From Octopus vulgaris (lineage: Eukaryota): a stretch of 64,000 bases of DNA. Shown one piece after another: positions 1-14,200 of the stretch (its first letter is position 1; each line of letters starts with the position of its first letter). The stretch lies in contig OX597815.1 in the NCBI GenBank assembly GCA_951406725.2, forward strand, positions 140,430,001-140,494,000. The letters are read 5' to 3'. The translations under genes were made by a program, and so were the position numbers. The notes below the pieces were generated by a model. The model was not told where the DNA came from, searched no databases, and was given only the letters and a program-made list of their open reading frames with translations.

Positions 1-83
1 GTATCTTTGTTGGAAACCAGCTCCTTCCTCAGTGGAGGATTTATATTAATTACAAAATAGAAGAAACACACACAAAGACACAG

Positions 84-129
<46 letters not shown>

Positions 130-1181
130 CATACATTAAACAACGAAGGTGGCGAGACGCAATATAAAACCGAAAAGGAAACATTTAATTGTCCCTAGTA
201 GTGACTGAGTGTACAGGGAGGTACCTATTTTGCTAGAAGCAAAGAATCAAAGATCATTATAGTCACAAAAAGAGCATGCCTAAGTACTGACTGGGGAGAT
301 AACCGCCCCACCGCTGCGAACGAGGTCACTACAGAAGAGCATTAATGATACACAGATCCTGCACACTTCGGAATTACAACCGTGTTTCGTGGTCTGCTAC
401 AACAATAGCTCCTTTATAGAATCCAGTTAGCTCAAGATATCATCAGGAGGAACCACGTCCGGTTTCGGCCCCTACTCCTCTACCGTTTTGATGTGGCGCA
501 CCCCCTCCCCATCTTTCGGAGGTATCTTCAGCTCTGGTGTTGGGTGCATGTCTTCTTTCTTCTTTCTTCTGTTCCCTGGCCTCTTCGATGTAGCGTCAAC
601 GAGTGTCAGCGGGCGACTGACTGACTTGTCAAACTATTCCCTTTTAAATACCTGCCGTTAGGCTTTTGCAGGCATCCCCTTCAAGTTGTCACGTAACACT
701 GTCTTAACTTTAACTGACCAATGAAGGTGCGTAGTCTTAGCCCACACATTCTCTAAACGACCATCACCTGTCAGTTAGCGAAGCTTATTCAGTGTCAGCT
801 TGTCTCACCTAGTGATGTTATTTCCCACCGGCATGTTATGACTTTCAAGCCATTTTTGGTCTTTCCGCTTCAGCCATATATAGAAGCTGGCTTTTTCGAC
901 CGCCTCCTGTACTCTCTCTTATTAGTTTTCGCGGCTCCGAGCTAGAAAAAAACAAATCTTCTTTGTGCTGGATGGGGGAGCTGGACTCCCTTTTCGAAAA
1001 TATAAGGACACAGACATTGTGTCGTATAGCCGTCTGGAAACGATGTTTCCTGGGGCTAAACAACAGTAACAGTAGTCCCATCCAGGGCAGCCACATTATG
1101 TTGGCAAATTGTCTTTACTTCAAAGAACTGTTACTGAATATCTCTTGTTGATCTCTCGTTGAGAGATTTAGAAATAACGTT

Positions 1182-1275
<94 letters not shown>

Positions 1276-1280
1276 ATATG

Positions 1281-1450
1281 AAATAATATGTTACATTACT
1301 CAATAGTCAAGATAAAACTCTGAGTTTCATCTGAAACTCAGAGTTTTATCTTGACTATTGAGTAATGTAACATATTATTTTATAGATAAATTTCCTCTAT
1401 TTACATAATATTGAGGTCTCTTTCTTTCTTTTGTTATCTTACCGTTTTTA

Positions 1451-1453
<3 letters not shown>
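1281..1453 (+). mobile_element. Fold-back insert: perfect 48-bp inverted repeat plus about 73-nt tail
   Basis: Arms 1281-1328 / 1333-1380, (TA)n flanks, homologous to 63297-63534. Confidence 0.8.
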
Positions 1454-1504
<51 letters not shown>

Positions 1505-2380
1505 TACATACATATACATATATATATATATATATATATAAACGAAGCTGAAAATGTACTGGGAGTCTTTTACATTTTTGAATTTTTATATAAATCAAAG
1601 GTGGTGTGTTAAAATTACCTTGCGTAGCGTAATTTTCGCAGAGTGATATGGGAATTGCGTTGGCAGAGGGTTATGCCACAGCAAAATGAGCCACTCAGTA
1701 TTAATTAGTCTTGATTATTCTTGATTATTCCATCTTTTATTTATACTGTTGATTCCAGAAAAAGCAACTAAATACATAAATTAAATAGAAATGTCATTAT
1801 AAGATTTCTTAGTATAGCACTGGCTTTAGAAAATGCTTTGAACTCTCACCGGCATTTAATTATGTAGTCCTGTATCTTCGTGAAGTAATATCCATACCTC
1901 TCCTCAAGTAACGTTAACGAGTAATATTTCATTTTTTGCTGTGGAATAGACGTGGTGGACACATCTCCGTTCTATTAATAGTTGTGTATACCATTTAACC
2001 AACTTCTTCACACTTCTGTTGAAGCACAATTGACAAATAACAACTATAGGAAATGCTGCCAAGTCTGTTGTAATTTGTTGAACTCTTGGTCGCGAATTTT
2101 CAGCAGTTGATTTAACTCGTTTTCATTTACGACAGATTTTGGCTTCCCTCGTGATTCTCTGTGAAAGCTCTCGTCTCCTCAGTAAAATTTCTGAAACCAC
2201 CGTTGCAACGTTTCCAATTTTAAATTCGAGTTCTTATAAATTAAATAATTTAGGCTTGTTTAACAGTCACTGTATTATCGAGGAGAAAATAAAAACAATG
2301 CTTTCGAGACAAGCATCACTTGCAAATTGAAGCGAAATTAATATAAAGGCTTCCAAATAATGCAACTATATCGAAATATA

Positions 2381-2589
2381 TACGAAGATGTGCTGAAAAG
2401 TTCCTGGCTTTAAAGGTATCACGAAAGGCCTGGTTGGAGGCCCAACCTTCTGAGTTCTTCTACAAGGCTTAGAAAAACTGAAGGACCGTTGCGATAAGTG
2501 TGAATCTGAGTGGTGAATATGTTGAATAAACTCATAATTAACTGATCCTCCTGTATTTTCATTTACCCATCTTTCAGTACCCGTTTGTA
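2381..2589 (+). mobile_element. Mariner-derived MITE (internally deleted)
   Basis: Ends tacgaagatgtgctgaaaag / ctttcagtacccgtttgta are imperfect TIRs with TA. The interior resembles the mariner C-terminus (KLKDRCDKC...GEYVE*). Confidence 0.65.
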
Positions 2590-5280
2590 GTTATTACTTA
2601 AAAATGGTTCATACCCACCCCCATCCAAAAATCTCATAAAATATTTTCATGTGGTACACTCCTACAGACGTAGGAATTGAGTTGATAATAATGTGTTAGT
2701 TATGGATATAATGGAAGATCCCCCCAAAAAAACTGTGTCTGAAAGTTTATCTAATTCTGAAACGCGACTTTTGAATTTTATTTTTTGATTTCCGCGGCCT
2801 GATGTGACGGAATGAATTCTAAACTGAAGACTGATTATATTGCCAGTTCTCTGTTTCGTCAAGCCTTTTCAACTTTATACCGTTTCCCCGTTGATAGACA
2901 CTTGAAATCCATAGTTTTGTATTCGAGCCAACGTTGTCATGACAACATTTATAGTTCTTCTGGTCAACAATGTATTATGTTCTGTATATTTTCTCGTCAC
3001 GCAACCAACAGTTATCTTCCTAAATCAAAGTCGTTTCAGGCAAAATGGCTTGCATCGAATACTTAATGATCAGATGCCTACAGACTAACGCTATTAAATC
3101 TGAGATGTTCAAATGTTATATTGGATTAAATATATCTATTGTTTTGTGCCTTGTGCTATCAATTATACTTACATATTGTCATGATTCCACTAACGCTTAT
3201 GAGTTTGTAGGTTTATAAAAGACTTTGTAACTTTTAAAGAAGATATTACCTGGCTACATCGAGCGTAACAAAAGCAAACCAAACAAATCTTCTAAAACTG
3301 AAAATAATTTTCATTTAGTTTTGACTGTTTATTCAATCTGTAATACCAAATCACTTTAAACATAGCACCTTATTCATTCATACATGCACGCGCGCACGCA
3401 CACACACGTGTCTATATGTCTCTTTGTATGTATGTACATATATATGTATAATTATGTTTCTCTTTTACGAAATCAGTTTATCGGCTTAGATTATGAATAA
3501 AGGGAAGCTACAGAAATGTTTTAAAGTATTTTGTTGTTGTTGTTGTTGTTAATGCTGTTGCTGCTGTTGCTGCTGTTGTTGCGGATGTTAATATCGCTGT
3601 TATCGTCAACATCATTATCCTTGAAGTTGGTTTCTTCTTATTCTTGATGCATTTGCTGCTGCTGCTGCTACTGCTGCTGTTGCTGTTTTCCTCGTAGCCA
3701 TAATCAACAACGAATTTCTGTGATAACTGGTTTCCTTTGCTCTCTCTCTATCTGTACACGTAAATAACACCTGTTATTTACAGATATTTTACCGCCGCCT
3801 CAACTCTGGCTTTCTTCGTGTAATTCTTACTATACAACAGTTATATAATTCAACTCAGACTAAGAAACCTATGTATATTGTACATATGTATGTATACTTT
3901 TCCCCAAGTCAACAATATATATATATATATATGTTTAAAAGGTACTAATGATCAATGAGTTAATAATTAGCTATAAAGCAATGACTTGTTTACCTTGAGG
4001 CAGAATCGTTACTGAAATATTAAATGATCTGAAATGAATTGGTAAACATGGAATATGTTGCTGCTCTTTGGAAATTCTTTGCTGTTTAAGTTAAATACAC
4101 ACACCTACACGCTGAAATTTGGACGTGTCAGTTCAAAGTATTCGTGTCTCTATGAAACTAGAAAAGCAGGTATGTGTCTAGGGAGGTCAATGGTCGATAG
4201 AAACTTAACAGACATGAGAAAGATAGAGCAGAGAAAGGAAAAGGTATGTGTTTGATAAAAGGGAAAATTCAACGAGAATAGCATATTTGGAGAGTTGTAA
4301 GGTTGGAGGTTGGTGTTCCAGTGGCATGGAGATAACACCTGTAGTTCTAAAATTTAAGGAGAACTAGAAGGTGATTACATATATAGAAAGAAGTGAGTGT
4401 TGTAATATGTAACAAGAGGAATTGCAACTGTACAGAGAAACGCATGTGTCTGTAAGACGACACAACAAAGATGATATTATGCAGATAGAGCTGTCAGTTT
4501 GGAATTTTTCCGGTAAAAAAAATGTTGAAAGAGAAAGGAGAACTATGGGTGAGAATGTTAGGTAAGAAGTTCTCGTCTGTGATACTTTTGAAGGTTTTCT
4601 AAATGTAAAATATTTCAACATTGCTGTCATGCAATTTCTCATGATCCACTGACATTAATACACGAAGCAAGAAAGTATATACAGATCGGATTCTACAGAA
4701 ACTATATTATCAGTCATTGAAAAGAGGGTTATCAGTTAGTGAGGAGGGAGAGACACAGGAGGTTGATAATAAAGTGAACGTTAAAATAATAGATCGATAG
4801 AATACTGTCACAGCGACTGCCTTTTTTATTGGGACTGGACATATAACGTTACGTGTAACAAGACTGTAGAAAGATTGATGCGTTTGGCTAAAATAGCAGC
4901 TCGCCCTGAGTAGGAAGTGTGTGAGAGTAACGAAAGGAACACTACCAGCAACAGTGATCCTGTTGGGTTGAAGGGAACAGGGTAATTGTTGGTGTTGCTT
5001 AGCCCCTTGATATCTCTGTGGCAGCAAGCTATTGTTCAAAGGCATCCATGCCATTGACAACATGTCAAAGTAATTGCAGAGTAATATGAAATGAAGTGAT
5101 TTTCTCATGAACACGACACATCGCTCAGTTCGGAATTGAAACCACAATCTTGCGAGCAACCTCATAACTACAAGGTCATGTATCTTCACATATATATCGC
5201 ATGTCATCAATGCCTCTTAGCCAAGACTGCATTCACTGAAGGTGAATGGAAACGAAGCACGTTCTTTTAGATGTTATTAT

Positions 5281-5512
<232 letters not shown>

Positions 5513-7544
5513 ATGCATGAACATATATGTAAGTGTGTGTATGTTAATTTCATTCATGCAATGGGCGACGTTATGTAGGCGTATATGAATTAGTCGTAAT
5601 GAAGATGTGACAGATTATCTTAAAGAACATGTTCGGTCAGCTTTAATTAAATTACAAACTATTTCTGAACTTATGTGATGATGCTATAGTAATTATTAGA
5701 GAATTAGAGTAGCATAGAATGATATTTCTATAATAGCTCTTGTTTAACGGCATCGAGAATGTATCTCGAACTTGTTATTAGTATCCTCTCATGAAAAAAA
5801 CCCCCAAAAAACATCCGTACTTACACTCATAAAAAATAAAGTAAAACGTATACACATGCGCACACCCTCGACCAACGTATATGGATATACACAAAGAGAT
5901 TTAGAAGTCTCGCATTTCATAATTGCCTCAAGACATCAGTCTTCTGTTGGTCATAGAGGCTAGAAGTTCAGTGTGATGACGTTCTCATATTTTATGTTAT
6001 TAACAGAAAATAACATTATCCCCACTATAGGAACTTAATACGCTTATTCTGGCCTGAAATTCTATTACACGTTAACAGAATTGTTATTGCTTAGATTTTT
6101 TTTCAAAATGAAGAAATATAAGTAGAATTAAAGTATGTTAATAAAAATGTTACAAAAAAAAACAAAAACAAAAAACAAATAACAAAAGAACAACGATTCG
6201 TGTCTTTGATGCAGAATCCTGCAGAATTTCAGGTAGAACTTTTCTCTAGAGATAGATAAGTTATATTATCCGAGCCTAACTAGGCACTTGGAAATATATA
6301 TATATATATATATATATACACGCACATATATATACATATACACACATATACTTAAAACGCCATACAGACACACACGCTCACACACACAAACACACATAAA
6401 TATGTTTATATATTTACACACACACACACACGCACATACATACACGTATATGGTGCTCAATTCAATTTCTCCTAAATCATGATTAAAGTGGGTGAATCAC
6501 TTGTAAGTTTCTCTTTTGCTTAGAAATGCGGGCTGAGATTTCAAATGATTTGAAAGTTCAAAGCACATTGTTGTGTAGAAATGGCTATAATCACGTGATA
6601 TCTAAGAATCTCAGCTGGTGTTTCGTTTTTTTTTTTTTTTTTTGTATATAACATCTACTTCGACTGGAAAAGAAAAAAAAAAAAGCTAAATTCTTTTCCT
6701 CCTCCCCTTAGTGAACCATAAAAAGTAATCATAATGTAAGCAAAGTAAAAAGATATGCTCTCACATTATCTACAAATCTCAATTATTTCTTGTAAATTGT
6801 AAGAAGTGCTAAGGAAAATACACATATGTATTTTACCGTTTCTGGAGACATAGGCATCAAATATATTTGCCAAGGATTAACTTCAACCGAACTATAAGAC
6901 AAATAAAAAATGTAAAGAAAATACTTACTTTATCTCTCAAAATGGCTGAAGTGTCGGTTAATAAAACTTGTTTTATTGCCATCTACTGTATGTCAGCTAA
7001 GCCTCACATTATACGTGACCTGAAACCGCTGTTGCTTCAGCTGTTGTCTATACTGATGATGATGGTGACGTTGATATAAACAATTTCCTGAAATAGAGAT
7101 ATATGAAATATTGAGATATAACAGTCTGAATGTATTGATGTGGGTTCTTTTTTTCTTTTGACGTATAGATGTGTTGTAGTTTAATATGGTGCAATGTAGT
7201 GTAATAAAGAAAAGTCTAGAACGAGGATGGGATTAGTGGTTAGTAGCGTCGGTAAAATCAGTTCAATAAAGTTGTCAAACTGTAATAAATATATGTGCCA
7301 GCAGGAGAGAATTGTAATTTCATTGAATGACCGATATATTAGATAGAGTCTCTTATCTGAATGTAAACCGATTTTCTTTTCATGTGTACATTGCTGTTAT
7401 TGTTGTTGATGTTATTGTTTAACACCAAATCAGACTTGGCTAAGGAAGCGAATTCTTTATTTTTTATTACCTTACATGATTCAGTCTTTCGAGTGCGGCC
7501 ATGCTGGGACAATGCCTTGAGTTTGGAAATCGTTCTAATGCTCT

Positions 7545-7962
7545 ATTTCTTAATTCTTTATTGCTCACAAGGGGCTAAACATAGAGGAGACAAACAAGGA
7601 CAGACAAAGGTATTAAGTCGATTACATCGACCCAGTGCGTAACTGGTACTTATTTAATTCGACACCGAAACGATGAAAGGCAAAGTTGACCTCGGCGGAA
7701 TTTGAACTCAGAACGTAACGGCAGACAAAATACCTATTTCTTTACTACCCACGAGGGACTAAACACAGAGAGGACAAACAAGGACAGACAAACAGATACA
7801 ATCGATGACATCGACCCCAGTGCGTAACTGGTACTTAATTAATCGACCCCGAAAGGATGAAAGGCAAAGTCGACCTCGGCGGAATTTGAACTCAGAACGT
7901 AACGGCAGACAAAATACCACTAAGTATTTCGCTCGGCGTGCTAACGTTTCTGTCAGCTCGCT
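7545..7962 (-). mobile_element. SINE family A with two tandem bodies
   Basis: Reverse complement of the 52 kb element. Confidence 0.85.
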
Positions 7963-8849
7963 GTCATACCAGTAACTTACAAACCAACACTAGTTGTCTA
8001 GAGGTGTGGGAAAATACAAACACAAAGTTGTACACATGCACACACATCTACACCCATGTGCGCGCACACATACACACACACATATGGATGAATGTGTACA
8101 TACACACAGCCATACACACAGAAGTATATACCTTCATCTACCGAATCTAATAAAAAATGTTTGGTTGGCCAGGGGTTTATAGTAGAAGACATATGCTCTA
8201 CGTAGGTGTCGTACAATGAGACTGAATTGAGAACCACATACCTGTGAAGTGAATTACTTCAACACCGTGCAAAACAGGGGCCAGATCACACGCTATTAAC
8301 CTACTAACTGACAGCCCTCGGCTATCCCTGCTTGCAGCCCCCTACCACCACACGCAGCACCCCTCACCATCCTCAAGATTATTCCCATTGATTCTAAGAG
8401 TTTAGTCAAAAGAAGGAGGACAATGTATACGACCCTTTTCAAGGCCTTTATGATAAGCGGACTCCACTCATGGCATCCAAAAGTCAAGCAAGTCTCGTTA
8501 CTATGAATAAAAAAACATAGCCTCCACGGGTTCCCACACAGTGCCCGTCAGCTGAATTTCACTGTAAAATATTGATGAAACCGAGGGAGGAGCTAATTTT
8601 CCCAAGTGCCAAGCATTGGGATCGATCGCTGAACCATGTATTTCTGACGTGAACATAAAAATATATAATGATATCTTGTATAAAACAATACACAGCACTG
8701 CTTCAGCCCAAGCTGTATATGTAATGAAGAAGTTTGCTGCAGCAGTCTACGCATGTATATACACACATATATACGTGTACGCATAGAATCATTATATATT
8801 TATATATTATATACAGATATGAATACACATATACACACTCACACATTTA

Positions 8850-9896
8850 TACAAGAGGAATTAAAAAATTATCTGTACTTTCAGTAATATTTCTTTTGGT
8901 TGACCGCACTACCTTATGTACACGTATACTAAACGTGTTATAATTATGGTTACGTAATCAAGGTTTAACTTAGATCGCTGTTCCGCTGGCAGTGTTCATC
9001 AAGGAGGAACAGAGATCAATGATCCGATTTATCTGGTCTAAATGTGTGTTAGGGCTGAAATTCATTGCAGGCTTTCAGAACAATACCGAGGTAACACTCA
9101 GCCACACAAGTGAGTATGAGTGGATCCGTGAATTCTGTGTGAGATGAGTGCCAAAAGGGATTACCGAAGCGCATAAGCATAATCATGAGAAGATTTCTCA
9201 ACGATCACTTGACCGCTTTAACGATGAAGGCGAAGCCCTTTTAAAGAAATTAAACCTACACGTCCACCATTTACCACCAAAATCCAAAAGGAAGAATATG
9301 GAGTGGAGACAGTCGGAATCACCAGTGAAAAAGAAATTCAAGACTCAGCCTGCCCCAGAAAAAGTTATGTTAACTGTTTTTTCAGACGGAAAGTGGCCTA
9401 TGCTGGAACATTGTCTGGTAAAGGGCTCTACAGTTACTAATGTAGGCTACAGTGAAATACTTACAAACAAACTGAATCCAATAATTCGCACCAAACGCCG
9501 AAGTCTATTGTCGAATCATGTTGTTGCACGGCAATGCACGTCTACATACACACGACCGCCAGTATTGTTGAAATCATTGCAAAAATTGGTTTTCGAATTG
9601 CTGGGACACCTAGCGTAGAGTCCAGATCTCGTCCCTTTCGACTATCACCTCTTTGGACAGCTCAAACTACCATTACAAGGTCGTCGATCTGCTACGAACG
9701 AAGGGCTGGAGGCGGTGCATGAGCAGCCAAGACTTTCTTTTCCGATGGAATAATCAAGAATGGGGTGCGCTGGAAAAAGTTCACTGAAAAGCAAAGTGAT
9801 TATGTCGAAGAACGATGAAATTGTTCCATCTCTGTTTTTGTTTTAATAAATTATAGAAACAAGAGAGCGTACAATACTTTTGGACTTACTTTTGTA
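8850..9896 (+). mobile_element. Decayed mariner (Tc1/mariner) DNA transposon
   Basis: Remnants EQRSMIRF, MEWR..SP.KKKFK, KVMLTVF and (Y/*)SPDLVPFDYHLF; degenerate TIRs bounded by TA. Confidence 0.85.
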
Positions 9897-9958
9897 TATG
9901 TGTGCATGTATATACATACACACATGTGTATAATGATATATATATATATATATATATT

Positions 9959-9990
<32 letters not shown>

Positions 9991-10509
9991 CAACAAGCAT
10001 ATATATATATAGTTTAATATATATATATCATATATATATTCACATATAGATATATTGTTAAATTTATGTGCAACTGTTTGTGTGTGTGTGTGTGTATGTG
10101 TGTATGTGTGTATGTGTGTGTGTGTGCGTGTGTGTGTTGCAATATCTGACATGATAACTCAAACCTCATCCCTAAGCACAGTGAGATAAAATTAATCATT
10201 AAACTTTAAGCTTTTCCTCGCCCGTATTTATCAATGAATGTCTTACATTCTCTTCGTTAGATATGAGGGTTTATGTACGTGGGCGTGTATGTAGACACAT
10301 ACACAAACACAAACACACACATTCACATATATACTTACGCGCGCACACATGCACACACACACAAACACACACACACAGATACACACAAACACATACATGT
10401 GTTTATTGCTTTATGCGAATATATAAATATGTGTGTGTGTGTGTGTGTGTTCATATGTATGTTACTACTATGTGTACTTTTAGATAATGCACCTGCTAAA
10501 TGCTGAATG

Positions 10510-11200
10510 CGTAAATTTTCAACTGTTTTCCTCCACTACCTATCGTTACGATCTGCTATACCGCTGCTATGTCCATTTTCTGAACCAATTTTCAAAATGG
10601 CAATTTCTTAAACCTAGTTAATTCCTTAAATCTTCCTCGTACGAACTTTTTATATTCATTCCATTTTTTGACCGCTCTATCACCGCCATTGTGTTTCTCT
10701 GTCTATATATGTGGTCTATTCATCATGTATATATTTCTATTCGTTCTTTGCTTCTTCAGCATTCTCATTTATCTTCTACTTCATTCATCTGGTCTTTACT
10801 GATTTAAGTGATTAATATTTTACTATTGTTTTGGACTCTGTCCTCCGCAATCTGTGTTCTCATACATTGTGTAACCTTCTCACCTCTCATACTACCCATC
10901 ACCTCATACGTAGGCGATTTTCTTTCCATCACGGCATCGTTTCTTTCGCATCCTTCCTCTACTCTATTCATTTTTGTCATCCGATATTTTGTGTCCTGGC
11001 GGAAATAAAACCCCTCTGTAATTTTTGATTCCCCCCGAAGAAGAAGCCAAGTCTCCAAAATGATTGATTTCTTTTCTTCTCTGTAGCAAATACCATATTC
11101 CACAGGTTGAACAACACGTGTTGTTTACGTTGATTACTTCCCTAACAAAATAACCTCCAGTTGCATTTTGCTTGACCTGTAGAAGAGGTTTAAAGTGACC
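10510..11200 (-). mobile_element. Possible highly decayed R4/Dong-like LINE fragment
   Basis: The minus ORF contains ETWLLLRGESKITEGFYFRQD, resembling the WL..G.LK.ETEG...QD motif of the 17 kb element. Boundaries are uncertain. Confidence 0.35.
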
Positions 11201-14200
11201 AAAGTTCAGTGCTACTTCCTGCTGCACTTCTATGCGTGTGGTTGAGTTAATGGGATTGATATAAAAGGAAAAGAAGCATGAGAAAAGGTAGTGAGGTGGT
11301 AGAGACTTATTGCAAATGAAAGAGATAATACGCTCAGTGGAGAACATATAAAACTTGGAAGGATACAAGACAAAGGATCTCTCGCCAGAATAATAAAAGG
11401 TGAAATATTGTGACCAAAGAAATTTGTTATATAGAAGAGGACGAACATGCAATTAAAGCTTTACGGTTAGCAAGGTAATACACATGAGCTGTAAGAGAGG
11501 CAACTGAACAAATGAAGCAATATTTTCCTAAAATTGTATGACACATTAATCAATCACACCCTCCCTACTGTCTTGCAGACAAAACCAAAGACATAGACAG
11601 ACTAACCATTGCAGCGTACACCAGGATCCTCACAGACAACATTAAGACAGCATATAAAAATATCGCCTTTTATCTGACAATACTATAAGCACTGATACCT
11701 AAGAACTAGTTACTCAGCTAAAATCAAGTCCTGGAACGCAGAAAACTAAACTTCATTTCTCTGCACACATTTATGTGCGCGCGTGTGTGTGTGTGTGTGT
11801 GTATGTATACATACGTACACACACACATATACTCAAAGACACACATTGTAGAAAACTACCCTGTAGATGTAGTAAGAATGTAAATGCATTCATTGACTAC
11901 TACTCATGTTTAGAAAAAGTGTGCGAAGGAAAACACTCGATAAGGTGTGACTGTCTCCTTTCAGTAATAAGTACCATAAGTCAGTCAATCTCTTGATTCA
12001 TTGAAATTATCGCTGATTCCAAAATAGATAGAAAAGTCGCTTGGTAGCAATTGGGAACAATTCTAAATGAGAAAACAAAGTAATCACAAGAATCAAAAAT
12101 TCTCCCAAACTGTCATGCCGTTAAGGAACATATTGTCTAATTATCATGAAACAAGGGGATAGCTGTTTTAAATGTCTTTGTTACAATAGGCGTCATCATC
12201 ACAGCAGTTTACTAACCTAATCTCAAGCAGAGACACTTAGGTATATACAAAAAAAAAAGATTTATAAATCTTAAGCAATTTGCATAAAAGAAACAGAAAA
12301 AATAAGCTAAGGGAAATGGGTCAGAGTGGCCTGTGAACGAAAGAGTGCATTGGGACAACAAAGATATATAAAGTTATATAAAGTTCCATGCAAGATAAAT
12401 TCATGAATTATTGAGATAACCTCCGCATCCTGAAAATACAGAAAAGTAGTTTTCTGTTGGGGCAGTTGGGTCACAGTTAAAATGAAAAAAGAAAACTCTT
12501 CACCTTTTTCATTCCCTACACTCACACACACACACCGAAATGATGTTTGTGTATGTGTGTGTATCGATAGATATATTTGCATGTGTAGTAAGATCAACTA
12601 CACTTGCTGTGGAGAAGTCTTTATATCTGGTTTATAAGAGTACTATTGAGTTTACTGCTCAATAGTGTAGAGTTTGCTAAAACGCAGTAGTGCGGTTGTT
12701 GGCTTCTACTGATTTTTGCTGTTGCTTGAAGGGATTCTCCTTGATGTATGTTCTCTCAAATATTTTTTTGTTTTCTATTTAAAATATTTCCATATTCCTA
12801 GATCAAGCAAACTGACAATTTATTCCACATTTCGGATTCCACTTTTTCTATTGATTTCTGTTCTTATATATGCTTATGAAACTACTATTTAAACCTATAT
12901 CATATATCTTCAAAGATCAATGATCTGGTCTTATCCATGAATTAACCAATTGGATTTTTCTTGAGACCCCAAAATCTGATTAAATTGTTTGTTTACATCT
13001 GTTGTAGAAATAAAATAAATAAATAAATAAACGAATAAATGAAAGATTCGCTATTTTTCGGATCAATAATATGGTTGTTTTGAAGTTTGAAATTCTAAAT
13101 TTTCTAAAGTCATAATACCTCGATTGTTATAATTTTGTGTGTGTATGCATGAGGAGATGTCAATCTTTAGTTGGTTCAGCTTCTTCAGATGTTTTTGATA
13201 TTTTAAAAGATGCTTTCAATAGATTTACGTATATGCACTGACTATTGTGTAACTGTTTAATGGTTGAAAATACTTTTGCTGACTCCATCGATAACAATTC
13301 AGCTTTCTATGGTTTGCCGGAAGGTATATAGACGTTGTCTGAGGGGAACCTTTTTATCATTACAGTTGATAATACATATATTTTAATACAATTTATGTAT
13401 TTCTCATTTGCTTTGTATTTCACTTGGTTCACAATAGCATCGCTGGTTGCACGCTTTAAAAGGACAAATTACTAGTTCACCAGATTTCTTTGAAAGCAAA
13501 ATGTTGTAACTCGGTACAAAACCAATATCACGCATTACCTTATTCACACGAAGCTATTATAGCATGATATAAAATACTTTCACAATATGTCGTTCTATAG
13601 GGTCAAACTTGCAACTACATAATTTTGAAGAAAACTCATTAATGGCAGTGCCATAGCCAAAACCAAAGTTAGTAACTGCAATAAAATATGAAAATTGCAT
13701 TTCTAACTTTATCACAGGAATTCAAATTTTTGTAGATAATCATCTTTAATATATAGATCATTGTAGTTTACTGGTATTTGTATTATGATTTGAATGAGAA
13801 TAAAATGGAAAATTGCTCTGGATTGGTTTTGAAATCAGAAAGAAAAGGTATGTCACGAATTCATCGGCTCTGGTTTCTCACTGAGAGGGAAAATGGTCAC
13901 GACTCCAATGTTTTTGATTATAATTCTGCTTGATGGGTCGTCTCAAAGGACTAGACAGAAGCATTCTTAACAGCAGCAGCGGTAGCAACAGCAGCAGCGG
14001 CAACAACAACAGCAGCTCCAGCAGAATGTCTAACATTTTCACTTAAAACTTTGCGAACTCAGCTTGTATCTGAGCAAATTTAAAATGGTCGTTTAACATT
14101 TCACCATACATTCTACCCTACCCGCGCTTCTAAACTTTAATAATGGAAAATTCTGAAATTCTGACTTTGGATATAGTTTAAAAATCAGACACTATGTAAA

